From NCBI RefSeq assembly GCF_013315695.1, contig NZ_CP054353.1: DNA of 64,000 nucleotides; one strand, 5' to 3'. Positions 29,325 through 41,954 of the stretch are shown here, in pieces. Numbering within the stretch: the stretch's first letter is position 1; the number at the start of each line of letters is the position of its first letter. Origin of the DNA: Escherichia coli. GTDB taxonomy: Bacteria > Pseudomonadota > Gammaproteobacteria > Enterobacterales > Enterobacteriaceae. The notes below the pieces were generated by a model. It ran no database searches and was not told the origin of the DNA. It saw nothing but the letters and a program-made list of their open reading frames with translations. Both the position numbers and the translations under genes were made by a program.

Positions 29325-29804
29325 TCACTGGCTCGCGTCTTCCGAAGATGTTTCAAATCGCACAAGGCCAGGCGGCAAGGCCACGCTTAAGATGATCGGT
29401 TGCCATTCTGCCCGGGCAGCAAACTTACGCGAGTAGCCACGTGCAATCAGGAATCCACCAACGCCACCGAGAATCGCACCGCATAATGCTGCAATATCTG
29501 AAGCAAAGAGTAGCTGAAATAGTGAAGCGATGAGGAATAGTCCCACCAACGGCGACATATAAACCAGTAATGCGGAGCTAAGCAGGCTGCCTTCGGCGAT
29601 TCCTAATTCTACTTTTTGCCCCGGCACTAACGGTTCATCACAGGGTACGACAATGGTATGCGTAGTTTGCGGGCCAAGTTTATTCAACACGCGGCTACCG
29701 CAACCGGCGCGTGAAGCGCAGCTGCTGCATGAGGCTTTAACATCACAACTAACCAGCGCCTGCCCGTTTTCCCAGGAGACGACGGTAGCCCACTCTTTGA
29801 TCAT
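29325..29804 (-). CDS. rseC: sigma-E regulatory protein RseC
   Basis: 159-aa ORF in the rpoE-rseABC operon; membrane protein. Confidence 0.9.
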   Translation of the reverse strand: MIKEWATVVSWENGQALVSCDVKASCSSCASRAGCGSRVLNKLGPQTTHTIVVPCDEPLVPGQKVELGIAEGSLLSSALLVYMSPLVGLFLIASLFQLLFASDIAALCGAILGGVGGFLIARGYSRKFAARAEWQPIILSVALPPGLVRFETSSEDASQ

Positions 29805-30757
29805 TGCGCTGCCCCGAACTTAATATTCTCGGCAATGCGTTTCGCCGTTTGCGGCGGCAGTTCACCGACAATGGTGATTTCGGCGTTATCACGTACGCTT
29901 GTACTGACGGTTCTGCGTCCGGTGCGCAACATCTGATCGGTGCTCGATGGCGTAGCGCGGTTAACGTTTACCGAAAAGCTGAATAATCCGTCGGAATAGA
30001 GACGTGATTCGATAGGCATGTTGTCCATCGTCGGTAGCGGACGTCGACTACTGGAAACTTCGCTAAAACCCTGTGGCAACCAGGTTGGCGTCCAGCTGAA
30101 TTTAGCTTTTTCACCTACAGGAACAGAAAGCAACGGCGGCAAATTTGCCTTCGCCAGCGTCTGCATACTGCTGCTGATATCCTGATTGACATTAAAAGCA
30201 ATCACGCGAAATTGTTCCAGCGTTTCACCATCGCGATCAAGGAGATCAACCCTCATCGGTAATTTCGATTCGGTGTCCATCCACACGATGTAGCTGTAGC
30301 GTGTACCATCTCGGGCAACCACGCGAATAACTTCGCAAAGACGATCAGCAATACGCGTGCGCCCGACGGAGATAAAGTCGTAGTAAGGAGAAAGGCGTTT
30401 GAAATCGGTATAGATGAGCGATGGCAGAGAATCAACAATGTAATCGCCATTAAGCGTGAACGGTTCAAGTCCCGGTTCAAAATAGCTGATCTCATTGCCG
30501 CGCTGTACCACTTCCCGGCGCGGGCCATCCATTTGCAACAATTGTGCAAGAGGACGGTTATCGAGGCGTGCATGTCGATAACGCAGAGACTCAACACCCT
30601 GTTTATTGATGCTGATGAATGACAGCTCGTAATTCAGTGACTGACTGGCCAGGTTCATCTGCTGTAATAACGCCCCGGACGCGGGAGTGGCCGAGGCGTT
30701 AGCAGAGAATAACAGGCTACCTGTCACTAATGACATGGCAAACCAAAGTTGCTTCAT
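29801..30757 (-). CDS. rseB: sigma-E regulatory protein RseB
   Basis: 318 aa with signal peptide, operon context. Confidence 0.93.
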   Translation of the reverse strand: MKQLWFAMSLVTGSLLFSANASATPASGALLQQMNLASQSLNYELSFISINKQGVESLRYRHARLDNRPLAQLLQMDGPRREVVQRGNEISYFEPGLEPFTLNGDYIVDSLPSLIYTDFKRLSPYYDFISVGRTRIADRLCEVIRVVARDGTRYSYIVWMDTESKLPMRVDLLDRDGETLEQFRVIAFNVNQDISSSMQTLAKANLPPLLSVPVGEKAKFSWTPTWLPQGFSEVSSSRRPLPTMDNMPIESRLYSDGLFSFSVNVNRATPSSTDQMLRTGRRTVSTSVRDNAEITIVGELPPQTAKRIAENIKFGAAQ

Positions 30758-31407
30758 TACTGCGATTGCGTTCCTAAAGTTTGAATTCCTGGCACCTGTA
30801 CAGCGGCTTGCTGAGTTTGCGCCTGCTCAAACTGAAGCTGTTCAGAGTGGAGTCGGCGTTGCAGTTCGTAATCCTGCAACATTGCATTAATGCGACGACG
30901 CTGCTCCTGTACCTGCTGCTGTTGACCATTGTTTGCGGTCGCTTCAGAAGGTACTCCCAGGCTTACCGGGCTGGCTTTACCCATCATCGGCAGTGTATTA
31001 AATACCGGCGTTTCGGGCTGCTGGGACGTTTCAGATTGTCCATTATAGTGCTGGACGCCAACGATAACTGCAAGCGATACGCATGCGGCTACGCCCATTT
31101 GGGTAAGCTGTGCCGCCCACGGACGTACTTTCTGCCAGAATGGCATTTTCTGCCATTGATGCGGCGCAGGCTGGGCTTCCGGGATCAATGTCGCCGGTTG
31201 ACGTACTGGCTCTTCTTCAATGGCGGCCATCACGCGTGAAGAGATATCGAAATGGAGCACCTCGGGAGTATCACCCCGCATTGAGTCACGGATTAAGTGA
31301 TAGTTTTCCCAGGTTTTCTGCATTTCTGGGTTATGAGCCAGTTCGTTAAGCAGCTCACTATCCAGCGTTTCGCCATCCATTAAAGCGGAAAGTTGTTCTT
31401 TCTGCAT
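30757..31407 (-). CDS. rseA: anti-sigma-E factor RseA
   Basis: 216 aa from MQKEQLSALMDGE; single TM segment; start overlaps the rseB stop. Confidence 0.93.
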   Translation of the reverse strand: MQKEQLSALMDGETLDSELLNELAHNPEMQKTWENYHLIRDSMRGDTPEVLHFDISSRVMAAIEEEPVRQPATLIPEAQPAPHQWQKMPFWQKVRPWAAQLTQMGVAACVSLAVIVGVQHYNGQSETSQQPETPVFNTLPMMGKASPVSLGVPSEATANNGQQQQVQEQRRRINAMLQDYELQRRLHSEQLQFEQAQTQQAAVQVPGIQTLGTQSQ

Positions 31408-31439
31408 GCCTAATACCCTTATCCAGTATCCCGCTATCG

Positions 31440-32015
31440 TCAACGCCTGATAAGCGGTTGAACTTTGTTATCAATAGCTTCCCTCGCTCGGAAGATACGT
31501 GAACGCACCGTACCTACCGGACAATCCATGATAGCGGCTATCTCTTCATAGCTCAGGCCATCCAGCTCCCGCAAGGTTATTGCCATGCGTAAATCTTCCG
31601 GGAGGGACTCAATAGTTCGGAAAACTATCTGTCTCAGTTCTTCTGACAACATTAAGTTCTCAGGGTTCGAAATTTCTTTCAACGCGCCGCCACTTTCGAA
31701 GTTTTCAGCTTCAATGGCATCCACATCACTGGAAGGTGGACGACGCCCCTGAGCAACCAGGTAATTTTTCGCTGTATTTACAGCAATCCGATACAGCCAT
31801 GTATAAAAAGCGCTATCTCCCCGGAACGAATCCAGCGCACGATAGGCTTTAATAAAAGCTTCTTGTACCACATCGGGAACATCACCCGACGGCACATAGC
31901 GGGAAACCAGACTCGCCACTTTATGCTGATAGCGCACTACCAGTAAGTTAAAGGCTTTCTGATCTCCCTTCTGGACCCGTTCAACCAGGACCTGGTCCGT
32001 TAACTGCTCGCTCAT
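31440..32015 (-). CDS. rpoE: RNA polymerase sigma-E factor
   Basis: 191 aa from MSEQLTDQVLVERVQKGDQKAFNLLV; ECF sigma regions 2 and 4. Confidence 0.97.
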   Translation of the reverse strand: MSEQLTDQVLVERVQKGDQKAFNLLVVRYQHKVASLVSRYVPSGDVPDVVQEAFIKAYRALDSFRGDSAFYTWLYRIAVNTAKNYLVAQGRRPPSSDVDAIEAENFESGGALKEISNPENLMLSEELRQIVFRTIESLPEDLRMAITLRELDGLSYEEIAAIMDCPVGTVRSRIFRAREAIDNKVQPLIRR

Positions 32016-32097
32016 CCGAGGTAAAGTCTCCCCAAACCAAATTTCCACGCGCTATCGAAACGCCACTCCATTAGCTGCAATTTGAGCAAGCAAAGGG

Positions 32098-32125
32098 TTA
32101 GAGTGTCTCGTTTTTGTAAAGTTCC
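32098..32125 (-). promoter_or_regulatory. sigma-E-dependent promoter of rpoE (autoregulated)
   Basis: Minus-strand GGAACTT-N16-TCTAA matching the sigma-E consensus (GGAACTT -35, TCnAA -10) upstream of rpoE. Confidence 0.55.
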
Positions 32126-32413
32126 GTAACGCATCTGTTTTTGTTTGTCATGCTGTAGACGGATCATTATCTATCATTATAAGTCTACAGAATCTGAACA
32201 TCGCATTATCTGTGTAGAAATGCCCATTTAACTGCCTGAAGAGTAACCCAACGGCCTTTTTATTTCACCACCTAATCCTCCACCAGCCAGTAACTTCTCT
32301 TTTTCTCGCCGCCCTGCGTCAGCGTGTTTAGCAACTGTAACAAATATTAAAATAGCAGGTGTTTATCCGCACAACATGATGCTATGCTGACCAAACCATG
32401 TTTAGTAAATTAA

Positions 32414-34767
<2,354 letters not shown>

Positions 34768-34898
34768 GAAAATAAAACCTTGCAGGAAAAACAGCGATAG
34801 CACCGGGTGAGAACAATACCCGAGAAGCGATATCCATACAAACAGATGAAGATTGCAGCCGTAACGTCTATAATCAGCGCCCCACACAGAGGTAGAAC

Positions 34899-36233
34899 AT
34901 GACTGTAACGACTTTTTCCGAACTTGAACTCGACGAAAGCCTGCTGGAAGCCCTCCAGGATAAAGGTTTCACTCGCCCGACCGCCATTCAGGCTGCCGCC
35001 ATTCCGCCTGCGCTCGATGGCCGTGATGTACTCGGTTCTGCGCCGACAGGCACCGGTAAAACGGCGGCGTATCTGCTGCCAGCGTTGCAGCACCTGCTCG
35101 ATTTCCCACGTAAGAAATCCGGTCCGCCGCGTATTTTGATCCTCACCCCAACTCGCGAGCTGGCGATGCAGGTGGCCGATCATGCCCGCGAACTGGCGAA
35201 ACATACGCATCTGGATATCGCCACCATCACAGGCGGCGTAGCCTATATGAACCACGCGGAAGTGTTCAGCGAAAATCAGGACATCGTGGTCGCCACGACC
35301 GGACGTCTGCTGCAATACATAAAAGAAGAGAACTTCGATTGCCGCGCGGTTGAAACGCTGATCCTCGACGAAGCAGACCGTATGCTGGATATGGGCTTCG
35401 CTCAGGATATCGAACATATTGCTGGCGAAACGCGCTGGCGTAAACAGACCCTGCTCTTTTCGGCAACGCTGGAAGGCGATGCGATTCAGGACTTTGCCGA
35501 GCGTCTGCTGGAAGATCCGGTGGAGGTTTCTGCCAATCCGTCCACCCGTGAGCGCAAAAAAATTCATCAGTGGTATTACCGCGCCGATGACCTGGAACAT
35601 AAAACCGCATTGCTGGTGCACCTGTTAAAACAGCCGGAAGCGACCCGCTCAATTGTGTTTGTGCGTAAGCGTGAGCGTGTGCATGAGCTGGCAAACTGGC
35701 TGCGCGAAGCGGGCATCAACAACTGCTATCTCGAAGGTGAGATGGTACAGGGCAAGCGTAACGAAGCGATCAAGCGTTTGACCGAAGGTCGCGTAAACGT
35801 ACTGGTTGCAACCGATGTTGCCGCGCGCGGTATCGACATTCCTGACGTCAGCCACGTCTTTAACTTCGATATGCCGCGCAGTGGTGATACTTATTTGCAC
35901 CGTATCGGACGTACCGCGCGCGCCGGTCGTAAGGGAACAGCGATTTCGCTGGTTGAAGCTCATGACCATCTGCTGCTGGGCAAAGTAGGCCGCTATATTG
36001 AAGAGCCAATTAAAGCTCGCGTTATTGATGAGTTACGCCCGAAAACGCGTGCGCCAAGCGAAAAGCAGACCGGCAAGCCATCGAAGAAAGTACTGGCTAA
36101 ACGTGCCGAGAAGAAAAAAGCTAAAGAGAAAGAGAAGCCGCGGGTGAAAAAACGCCATCGCGACACCAAAAATATTGGTAAGCGCCGTAAACCAAGCGGA
36201 ACGGGCGTGCCACCGCAAACGACAGAAGAGTGA
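34899..36233 (+). CDS. srmB: ATP-dependent DEAD-box RNA helicase SrmB
   Basis: 444 aa with Walker A (APTGTGKT), DEAD and SAT motifs and a basic C-terminal tail. Confidence 0.95.
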   Translation: MTVTTFSELELDESLLEALQDKGFTRPTAIQAAAIPPALDGRDVLGSAPTGTGKTAAYLLPALQHLLDFPRKKSGPPRILILTPTRELAMQVADHARELAKHTHLDIATITGGVAYMNHAEVFSENQDIVVATTGRLLQYIKEENFDCRAVETLILDEADRMLDMGFAQDIEHIAGETRWRKQTLLFSATLEGDAIQDFAERLLEDPVEVSANPSTRERKKIHQWYYRADDLEHKTALLVHLLKQPEATRSIVFVRKRERVHELANWLREAGINNCYLEGEMVQGKRNEAIKRLTEGRVNVLVATDVAARGIDIPDVSHVFNFDMPRSGDTYLHRIGRTARAGRKGTAISLVEAHDHLLLGKVGRYIEEPIKARVIDELRPKTRAPSEKQTGKPSKKVLAKRAEKKKAKEKEKPRVKKRHRDTKNIGKRRKPSGTGVPPQTTEE

Positions 36234-36239
36234 TCTTAA

Positions 36240-36440
36240 TTCCGGGTTTAAGCCCGGAATTAAAAGTGCTGGCAAACGCAAAACTGCCTGATGCGCTACG
36301 CTTATCAGGCCTACATGGCTCATGCAATATATTGAATTTGCACGATCTTGTAGGCCGGATAAGGCGTTCACGCCGCATCCGGCATGAACAAAACGCACTT
36401 CGTCGACAAGTTGGGTGCCGGGTTTAAGCCCGGCATTATT
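36240..36440. repeat. REP/BIME-type extragenic palindrome cluster flanked by two identical palindromes
   Basis: REP-like units (GCCTGATGCGCTACGCTTATCAGGCCTAC; GTAGGCCGGATAAGGCGTTCACGCCGCATCCGGCA) bracketed by two copies of CCGGGTTTAAGCCCGG at about 36242 and 36419. Confidence 0.6.
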
Positions 36441-36441
36441 T

Positions 36442-37323
36442 TTATCCCGGCAAAAAACACTCTTCAACACACTGAATAAAAATGTGCATCGCCGGGCTAA
36501 CCGCTTTTCCGGCATGGTGAGCGCACATTGCCGTAATGGTCTGCGACTGTTCGCCAAAAGGCAATTCGATTAATTCGCCACTCGCAAGTTCATTTGCCAC
36601 TGTAAAGCGCGGCAGGTAACTGACCCCGATATTTGCCGCGACACAACGCTTGATGCTTTCGATACTTATAAGCTCAATGGTGTTTTCCACCGTGATCCGT
36701 CGCTGGCGCAGCGTGCTCTCAAATATCTGGCGGAAGACACATTGCGGTTCATTGATAATAAAACTACAGGCGTTATGTCTTCCCTGCTCAGTAAAATCGA
36801 CATCTGCAATTTGCGGTGAAGCCACCAGCACCAGCGATTGTTCACCCAACTCTCGCCGGTTCAGAGCATTATCATTCCCTACGCGATAAAAAACCCCGAC
36901 ATCGGCCTCATCATTCAGTAGCGCATCACGGATCACGTAACAGTTCAGAGACTGCAACGATAAACGCACTTTTGGTGCGCGTTGCCGAAAACGCTGCAAC
37001 ACCTGCGGCATTCGGTAAGAGAGCAACGTTTCGCCTGAAACAACGCGTAGTTCCCCGTCCGGATCCGACTCTTTTTTGGCAGCCTCACGAAGGGTATCCA
37101 TCACTCTGGTGAGTTCATAAATGTGCGGCAGCAGCTTTTTTCCTTCGCGGGTAAGGCACATTCGTCGACCAATTTTCTCAAATAACTGGACTGAGAACTC
37201 CTGCTCAAGCTGCTGAATATGAAAAGTCACCGTCGATTGTGTGCAGCACAATTTTTGCGAAGCTCGCAAGAAGGAACCCTCTTCCACCACGGTTTTAAGC
37301 GTAATAAAACGGCGCAGATCCAT
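36442..37323 (-). CDS. yfiE: LysR-family transcriptional regulator
   Basis: 293 aa from MDLRRFITLKTVVEEGSF; N-terminal LysR HTH. Confidence 0.8.
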   Translation of the reverse strand: MDLRRFITLKTVVEEGSFLRASQKLCCTQSTVTFHIQQLEQEFSVQLFEKIGRRMCLTREGKKLLPHIYELTRVMDTLREAAKKESDPDGELRVVSGETLLSYRMPQVLQRFRQRAPKVRLSLQSLNCYVIRDALLNDEADVGVFYRVGNDNALNRRELGEQSLVLVASPQIADVDFTEQGRHNACSFIINEPQCVFRQIFESTLRQRRITVENTIELISIESIKRCVAANIGVSYLPRFTVANELASGELIELPFGEQSQTITAMCAHHAGKAVSPAMHIFIQCVEECFLPG

Positions 37324-37425
37324 AACCCCAAACCTATCGAAAATATCGAATTTAGAATGTAAAAACATTCATTTTTTTTAATGTTCCGTGTCGGGTACTG
37401 TCTACCAAAACAGAGGAGATAACAA

Positions 37426-38013
37426 GTGACACCGACCCTTTTAAGTGCTTTTTGGACTTACACCCTGATTACCGCCATGACGCCAGGACCGAACAATATT
37501 CTCGCCCTTAGCTCAGCTACAACGCACGGATTTCGTCAGAGTACTCGCGTGCTGGCAGGGATGAGTCTGGGATTTTTAATCGTCATGTTGCTATGCGCGG
37601 GAATTTCGTTTTCACTGGCTGTTATCGACCCGGCAGCAGTGCATCTGTTGAGTTGGGCAGGGGCGGCATATATTGTCTGGCTGGCGTGGAAAATCGCTAC
37701 CAGTCCAACAAAGGAAGATGGGCTTCAGACAAAACCAATCAGTTTTTGGGCCAGCTTTGCTTTGCAGTTTGTGAACGTCAAAATCATTTTGTATGGCATT
37801 ACAGCACTGTCGACGTTTGTCCTGCCGCAAACGCAGGCGCTAAGCTGGATAATTGGCGTCAGCGTTTTGCTGGCGATGATTGGGACGTTTGGCAATGTGT
37901 GCTGGGCGCTGGCGGGGCACCTGTTTCAGCGATTGTTTCGCCAGTATGGTCGCCAGTTAAATATCGTGCTCGCGCTGCTGCTGGTCTATTGCGCGGTACG
38001 CATTTTCTATTAA
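37426..38013 (+). CDS. eamB: cysteine/O-acetylserine exporter (LysE/RhtB family)
   Basis: 195-aa multi-TM ORF with GTG start; LysE-type translocator. Confidence 0.85.
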   Translation: MTPTLLSAFWTYTLITAMTPGPNNILALSSATTHGFRQSTRVLAGMSLGFLIVMLLCAGISFSLAVIDPAAVHLLSWAGAAYIVWLAWKIATSPTKEDGLQTKPISFWASFALQFVNVKIILYGITALSTFVLPQTQALSWIIGVSVLLAMIGTFGNVCWALAGHLFQRLFRQYGRQLNIVLALLLVYCAVRIFY

Positions 38014-38067
38014 TGAAAAAAGCGGAAGAGGTCGCCCTCTTCCGCTTAGTAACTTGCTACTTAAGCC

Positions 38068-38451
38068 TTACAGGCTTTCAGTAAAGGTACGAGCGATAAC
38101 GTCGCGCTGCTGTTCCGGAGTCAGAGAGTTAAAGCGAACTGCATAACCGGATACACGGATGGTCAGCTGCGGATATTTTTCCGGATGCTTAACTGCATCT
38201 TCCAGAGTTTCACGACGCAGAACGTTTACGTTCAGGTGTTGACCACCTTCAACGCGAACTTCTGGTTTCACTTCTACTGGAACTTCACGGTACTCAATGT
38301 CACCCAGTTTGCTTACTGCAACCACTTCGTCTTCTGCAAAACCTGCTTTCGCAACGATGCAACGCGCTTCGCCTTTTTCGCTGTCCAGCAGCCAGAAAGA
38401 GTTCAGCAGATCGTCGTTAGCGGCTTTAGTAATCTGGATACCTGTAATCAT
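38068..38451 (-). CDS. grcA: autonomous glycyl radical cofactor
   Basis: 127 aa from [16 protein letters not shown]; glycyl radical motif RVSGYAV near the C-terminus. Confidence 0.93.
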
Positions 38452-38558
38452 GTGATGCCTCCCCGGCAAAATTATTTGATTTGTTCAGCCTGTCGCGGCC
38501 AATTGGTAAAACCATTGTTGCTTGAGTGTATATATACTCCTCAAACACCCTTGATTCT

Positions 38559-38625
38559 TTGATTTAAATCAATAAAAACCACATATCGAATGTGGTCACA
38601 AATGGATTTTATTGTTTTACATCAA
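38559..38625. promoter_or_regulatory. two FNR boxes in the grcA promoter region
   Basis: TTGATTTAAATCAA (38559..38572, perfect TTGAT-N4-ATCAA) and TTGTTTTACATCAA (38612..38625), centres about 53 bp apart, upstream of grcA. Confidence 0.6.
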
Positions 38626-38755
38626 CTTATGCAGGTGTGAAATTTTACCAATTTACATTTTTTTGCATGTCTTTTTGTCTATAAAATGAGCATGATTTTG
38701 TTCTGTAGAAAGAAGCAGTTAAGCTAGGCGGATTGAAGATTCGCAGGAGAGCGAG

Positions 38756-39445
38756 ATGGCTAACGAATTAACCTGGCATGATGTGCTGGCTGAAGAGAAG
38801 CAGCAACCCTATTTTCTTAATACCCTACAGACCGTCGCCAGCGAGCGGCAGTCCGGCGTCACTATCTATCCGCCACAAAAAGATGTCTTTAACGCGTTCC
38901 GCTTTACAGAGTTGGGTGACGTTAAAGTGGTGATTCTCGGCCAGGATCCTTATCACGGACCGGGACAGGCGCATGGTCTGGCATTTTCCGTTCGCCCCGG
39001 CATTGCGACACCGCCGTCACTGCTGAATATGTATAAAGAGCTGGAAAATACTATTCCCGGTTTCACCCGCCCTAATCATGGTTATCTTGAAAGCTGGGCG
39101 CGTCAGGGCGTTCTGCTACTCAATACTGTGTTGACGGTACGCGCAGGTCAGGCGCATTCCCACGCCAGCCTCGGCTGGGAAACCTTCACCGATAAAGTGA
39201 TCAGCCTGATTAACCAGCATCGCGAAGGCGTGGTGTTTTTGTTGTGGGGATCGCATGCGCAAAAGAAAGGGGCGATTATAGATAAGCAACGCCATCATGT
39301 ACTGAAAGCACCGCATCCGTCGCCGCTTTCGGCGCATCGTGGATTCTTTGGCTGCAACCATTTTGTGCTGGCAAATCAGTGGCTGGAACAACGTGGCGAG
39401 ACGCCGATTGACTGGATGCCAGTATTACCGGCAGAGAGTGAGTAA
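38756..39445 (+). CDS. ung: uracil-DNA glycosylase
   Basis: 229 aa with UDG motifs ([18 protein letters not shown]; HPSPLS). Confidence 0.97.
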   Translation: MANELTWHDVLAEEKQQPYFLNTLQTVASERQSGVTIYPPQKDVFNAFRFTELGDVKVVILGQDPYHGPGQAHGLAFSVRPGIATPPSLLNMYKELENTIPGFTRPNHGYLESWARQGVLLLNTVLTVRAGQAHSHASLGWETFTDKVISLINQHREGVVFLLWGSHAQKKGAIIDKQRHHVLKAPHPSPLSAHRGFFGCNHFVLANQWLEQRGETPIDWMPVLPAESE

Positions 39446-39492
39446 ATTTGCGGGAAAATGCCGGATGGCAGAGTTGCCACCCGGCTGATTTA

Positions 39493-40530
39493 TCAGGCTT
39501 TATTCTGACGCCACCATTCGCCAAGAAGAACGCCGGTTGCAACAGAGATATTTAGCCCGGCAACGTTGCCAGTACCATCAATCTTCACGCGCAAATCGTT
39601 CGGATCGCGTGCGGCATCCGGTAACCCTTCATATTCCTGACCCAGCACCAGTACCATTTTCGCTGGCAGACTGGTTTTGAACAGCGGTTTCCCCTGCTCG
39701 CTGGAAGTGGTCACTACGGTGTAACCTGCCTGACGGAAATCATCCAGCACGTTAACAATGTTGTCGCCAGTAATCGGCTGAACGTGCTCTGCGCCGCCTT
39801 CTGCGGTACGGATAGCCGCACCCGACTCCAGCAGTGCCGCATCCTGCACCACAACGCCTTTCACGCCGAAGTGCGCGCAGCTGCGCATCATGCCACCCAG
39901 GTTATGCGGGTTAGATTCGTTTTCCAGCGCCAGTACACAATCCTGCGCGCCTGCCTGGCTTACCCACTGCTGCACGGTTGTACCGTTACGCTTTTTGATC
40001 AGGAAGCAAACGCCGCCGTGATGTTCCGTGCCTGACGCTTTTGTCAGTTCCGCTTCATCTACCACATGGTACGCTTTGCGATTTGCTGCCATCCAGCGCA
40101 AGGCTTCTTTAAAACGCGGCGTTACACTCTGGATAAACCAGGCGCGAACAATCGCTTCCGGACGGCTCTGGAACAGTGCCTGACAGGCGTTTTCTCCGTA
40201 GACGCGGGTTTCTTCCGCACGCTGACGACGCAAAACTTCCGGATCAATAAAACTTTTACCACTGATACCACCGTGATCGGCCTTTTCCGGCGTCTCATCA
40301 CCCGGCGCGCGGGAAACCGTGCGCCACGGCGAATCTTCCCACTTGCGGTCACGGTGCTGACTCTGTTTGTCATCGCGGGCGGGGCGACGGCCACCGTCAG
40401 CACGAGATTTTCCTGGACGCCCGCCCCCTTTCCCGGTACGCGGGTTGTGGGTACGTTTATCAGAATCATCATCACTGCGGACATACATCACTTTGACCTT
40501 GCCGCTTTTACCTTTCATTTCATCGTTCAT
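39493..40530 (-). CDS. yfiF: SpoU-family RNA 2'-O-methyltransferase
   Basis: 345 aa from [14 protein letters not shown]; basic N-terminal region and C-terminal SpoU methylase domain. Confidence 0.85.
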   Translation of the reverse strand: MNDEMKGKSGKVKVMYVRSDDDSDKRTHNPRTGKGGGRPGKSRADGGRRPARDDKQSQHRDRKWEDSPWRTVSRAPGDETPEKADHGGISGKSFIDPEVLRRQRAEETRVYGENACQALFQSRPEAIVRAWFIQSVTPRFKEALRWMAANRKAYHVVDEAELTKASGTEHHGGVCFLIKKRNGTTVQQWVSQAGAQDCVLALENESNPHNLGGMMRSCAHFGVKGVVVQDAALLESGAAIRTAEGGAEHVQPITGDNIVNVLDDFRQAGYTVVTTSSEQGKPLFKTSLPAKMVLVLGQEYEGLPDAARDPNDLRVKIDGTGNVAGLNISVATGVLLGEWWRQNKA

Positions 40531-40736
40531 GCTTTTCTCCACCAGCGCTGCGCGAAGCGCGCAGATTACCCGAAGTCCGCGCGGTTCGCCATGATTTCGT
40601 TCCAAAGCCTGTGTCTATCATACCCATTGAATAAAACAGATTGTTGTCTGGAACAATGTCCCCGATAATATGTAACATATTAGAAACATACCGGCGTCGT
40701 TGCCGATAAGTCTCCTTACTCATCCCGAGGTTAGTT

Positions 40737-41156
40737 ATGAATACCGTTTGTACCCATTGTCAGGCCATCAATCGCATTCCCGACGATCGGATCGAAGATG
40801 CGGCAAAATGCGGACGCTGCGGTCACGACTTGTTTGACGGAGAGGTGATTAATGCGACCGGTGAAACGCTCGACAAATTGCTGAAAGATGATCTACCTGT
40901 GGTGATCGACTTCTGGGCACCGTGGTGCGGCCCCTGCCGTAATTTCGCACCAATTTTTGAAGATGTCGCGCAAGAGCGTAGCGGTAAAGTGCGCTTTGTG
41001 AAAGTGAATACCGAAGCTGAACGTGAATTAAGCAGTCGCTTTGGAATTCGTAGTATACCGACGATCATGATTTTCAAAAACGGTCAGGTTGTCGACATGC
41101 TTAATGGCGCAGTACCGAAAGCGCCGTTTGATAGCTGGCTGAACGAATCTCTTTAA
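40737..41156 (+). CDS. trxC: thioredoxin 2
   Basis: 139 aa with N-terminal zinc-finger cysteines (CTHCQ...CGRCGH) and WCGPC active site. Confidence 0.95.
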
Positions 41157-41224
41157 TCTTACCGGGGCGCATCTTGTGCCCCGTTTTCTCCTCTGCGACA
41201 ATGGCGTTTTTTCGACGCTCTCTT

Positions 41225-41923
41225 ATGACCGAAAACGCTGTTCTCCAGTTACGCGCCGAGCGTATTGCGCGCGCAACACGTCCTTTTCTTGCCCGCGGTA
41301 ATCGCGTTCGTCGCTGCCAACGCTGTCTTTTGCCAGAGAAATTATGTCTCTGTTCGACAATTACCCCAGCACAAGCAAAAAGTCGCTTCTGTTTGCTGAT
41401 GTTCGACACCGAGCCAATGAAGCCCAGTAATACCGGGCGTCTGATTGCTGATATTTTGCCTGATACCGTTGCGTTTCAATGGTCGCGTACCGAACCCTCG
41501 CTAGATTTGCTGGATCTGGTACAAAACCCGGACTATCAGCCAATGGTGGTCTTTCCCGCCTCGTATGCTGATGAGCAACGGGAAGTGATCTTCACACCAC
41601 CTGCCGGTAAGCCTCCGCTATTTATCATGCTCGATGGTACCTGGCCGGAAGCTCGCAAGATGTTTCGTAAAAGTCCGTATCTGGATAATCTTCCCGTCAT
41701 TTCCGTCGATCTTTCCCGGCTTTCTGCCTATCGCCTGCGTGAAGCCCAGGCTGAAGGCCAATATTGTACTGCCGAGGTAGCCATCGCACTGTTAGATATG
41801 GTCGGCGATACCGGGGCGGCGGCAGGGTTAGGCGAGCATTTTACCCGCTTTAAAACACGCTATCTGGCAGGAAAAACGCAACATCTGGGTAGCATCACAG
41901 CAGAACAGTTAGAAAGCGTTTAA
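41225..41923 (+). CDS. yfiP: DTW-domain protein (tRNA aminocarboxypropyltransferase-like)
   Basis: 232 aa from MTENAVLQLRAERIA; DTW motif (LDGTWPEA) and CxxC pair. Confidence 0.8.
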   Translation: MTENAVLQLRAERIARATRPFLARGNRVRRCQRCLLPEKLCLCSTITPAQAKSRFCLLMFDTEPMKPSNTGRLIADILPDTVAFQWSRTEPSLDLLDLVQNPDYQPMVVFPASYADEQREVIFTPPAGKPPLFIMLDGTWPEARKMFRKSPYLDNLPVISVDLSRLSAYRLREAQAEGQYCTAEVAIALLDMVGDTGAAAGLGEHFTRFKTRYLAGKTQHLGSITAEQLESV

Positions 41924-41954
41924 AATCATTCGGTCACTTCTGCGGGAGACCGGT

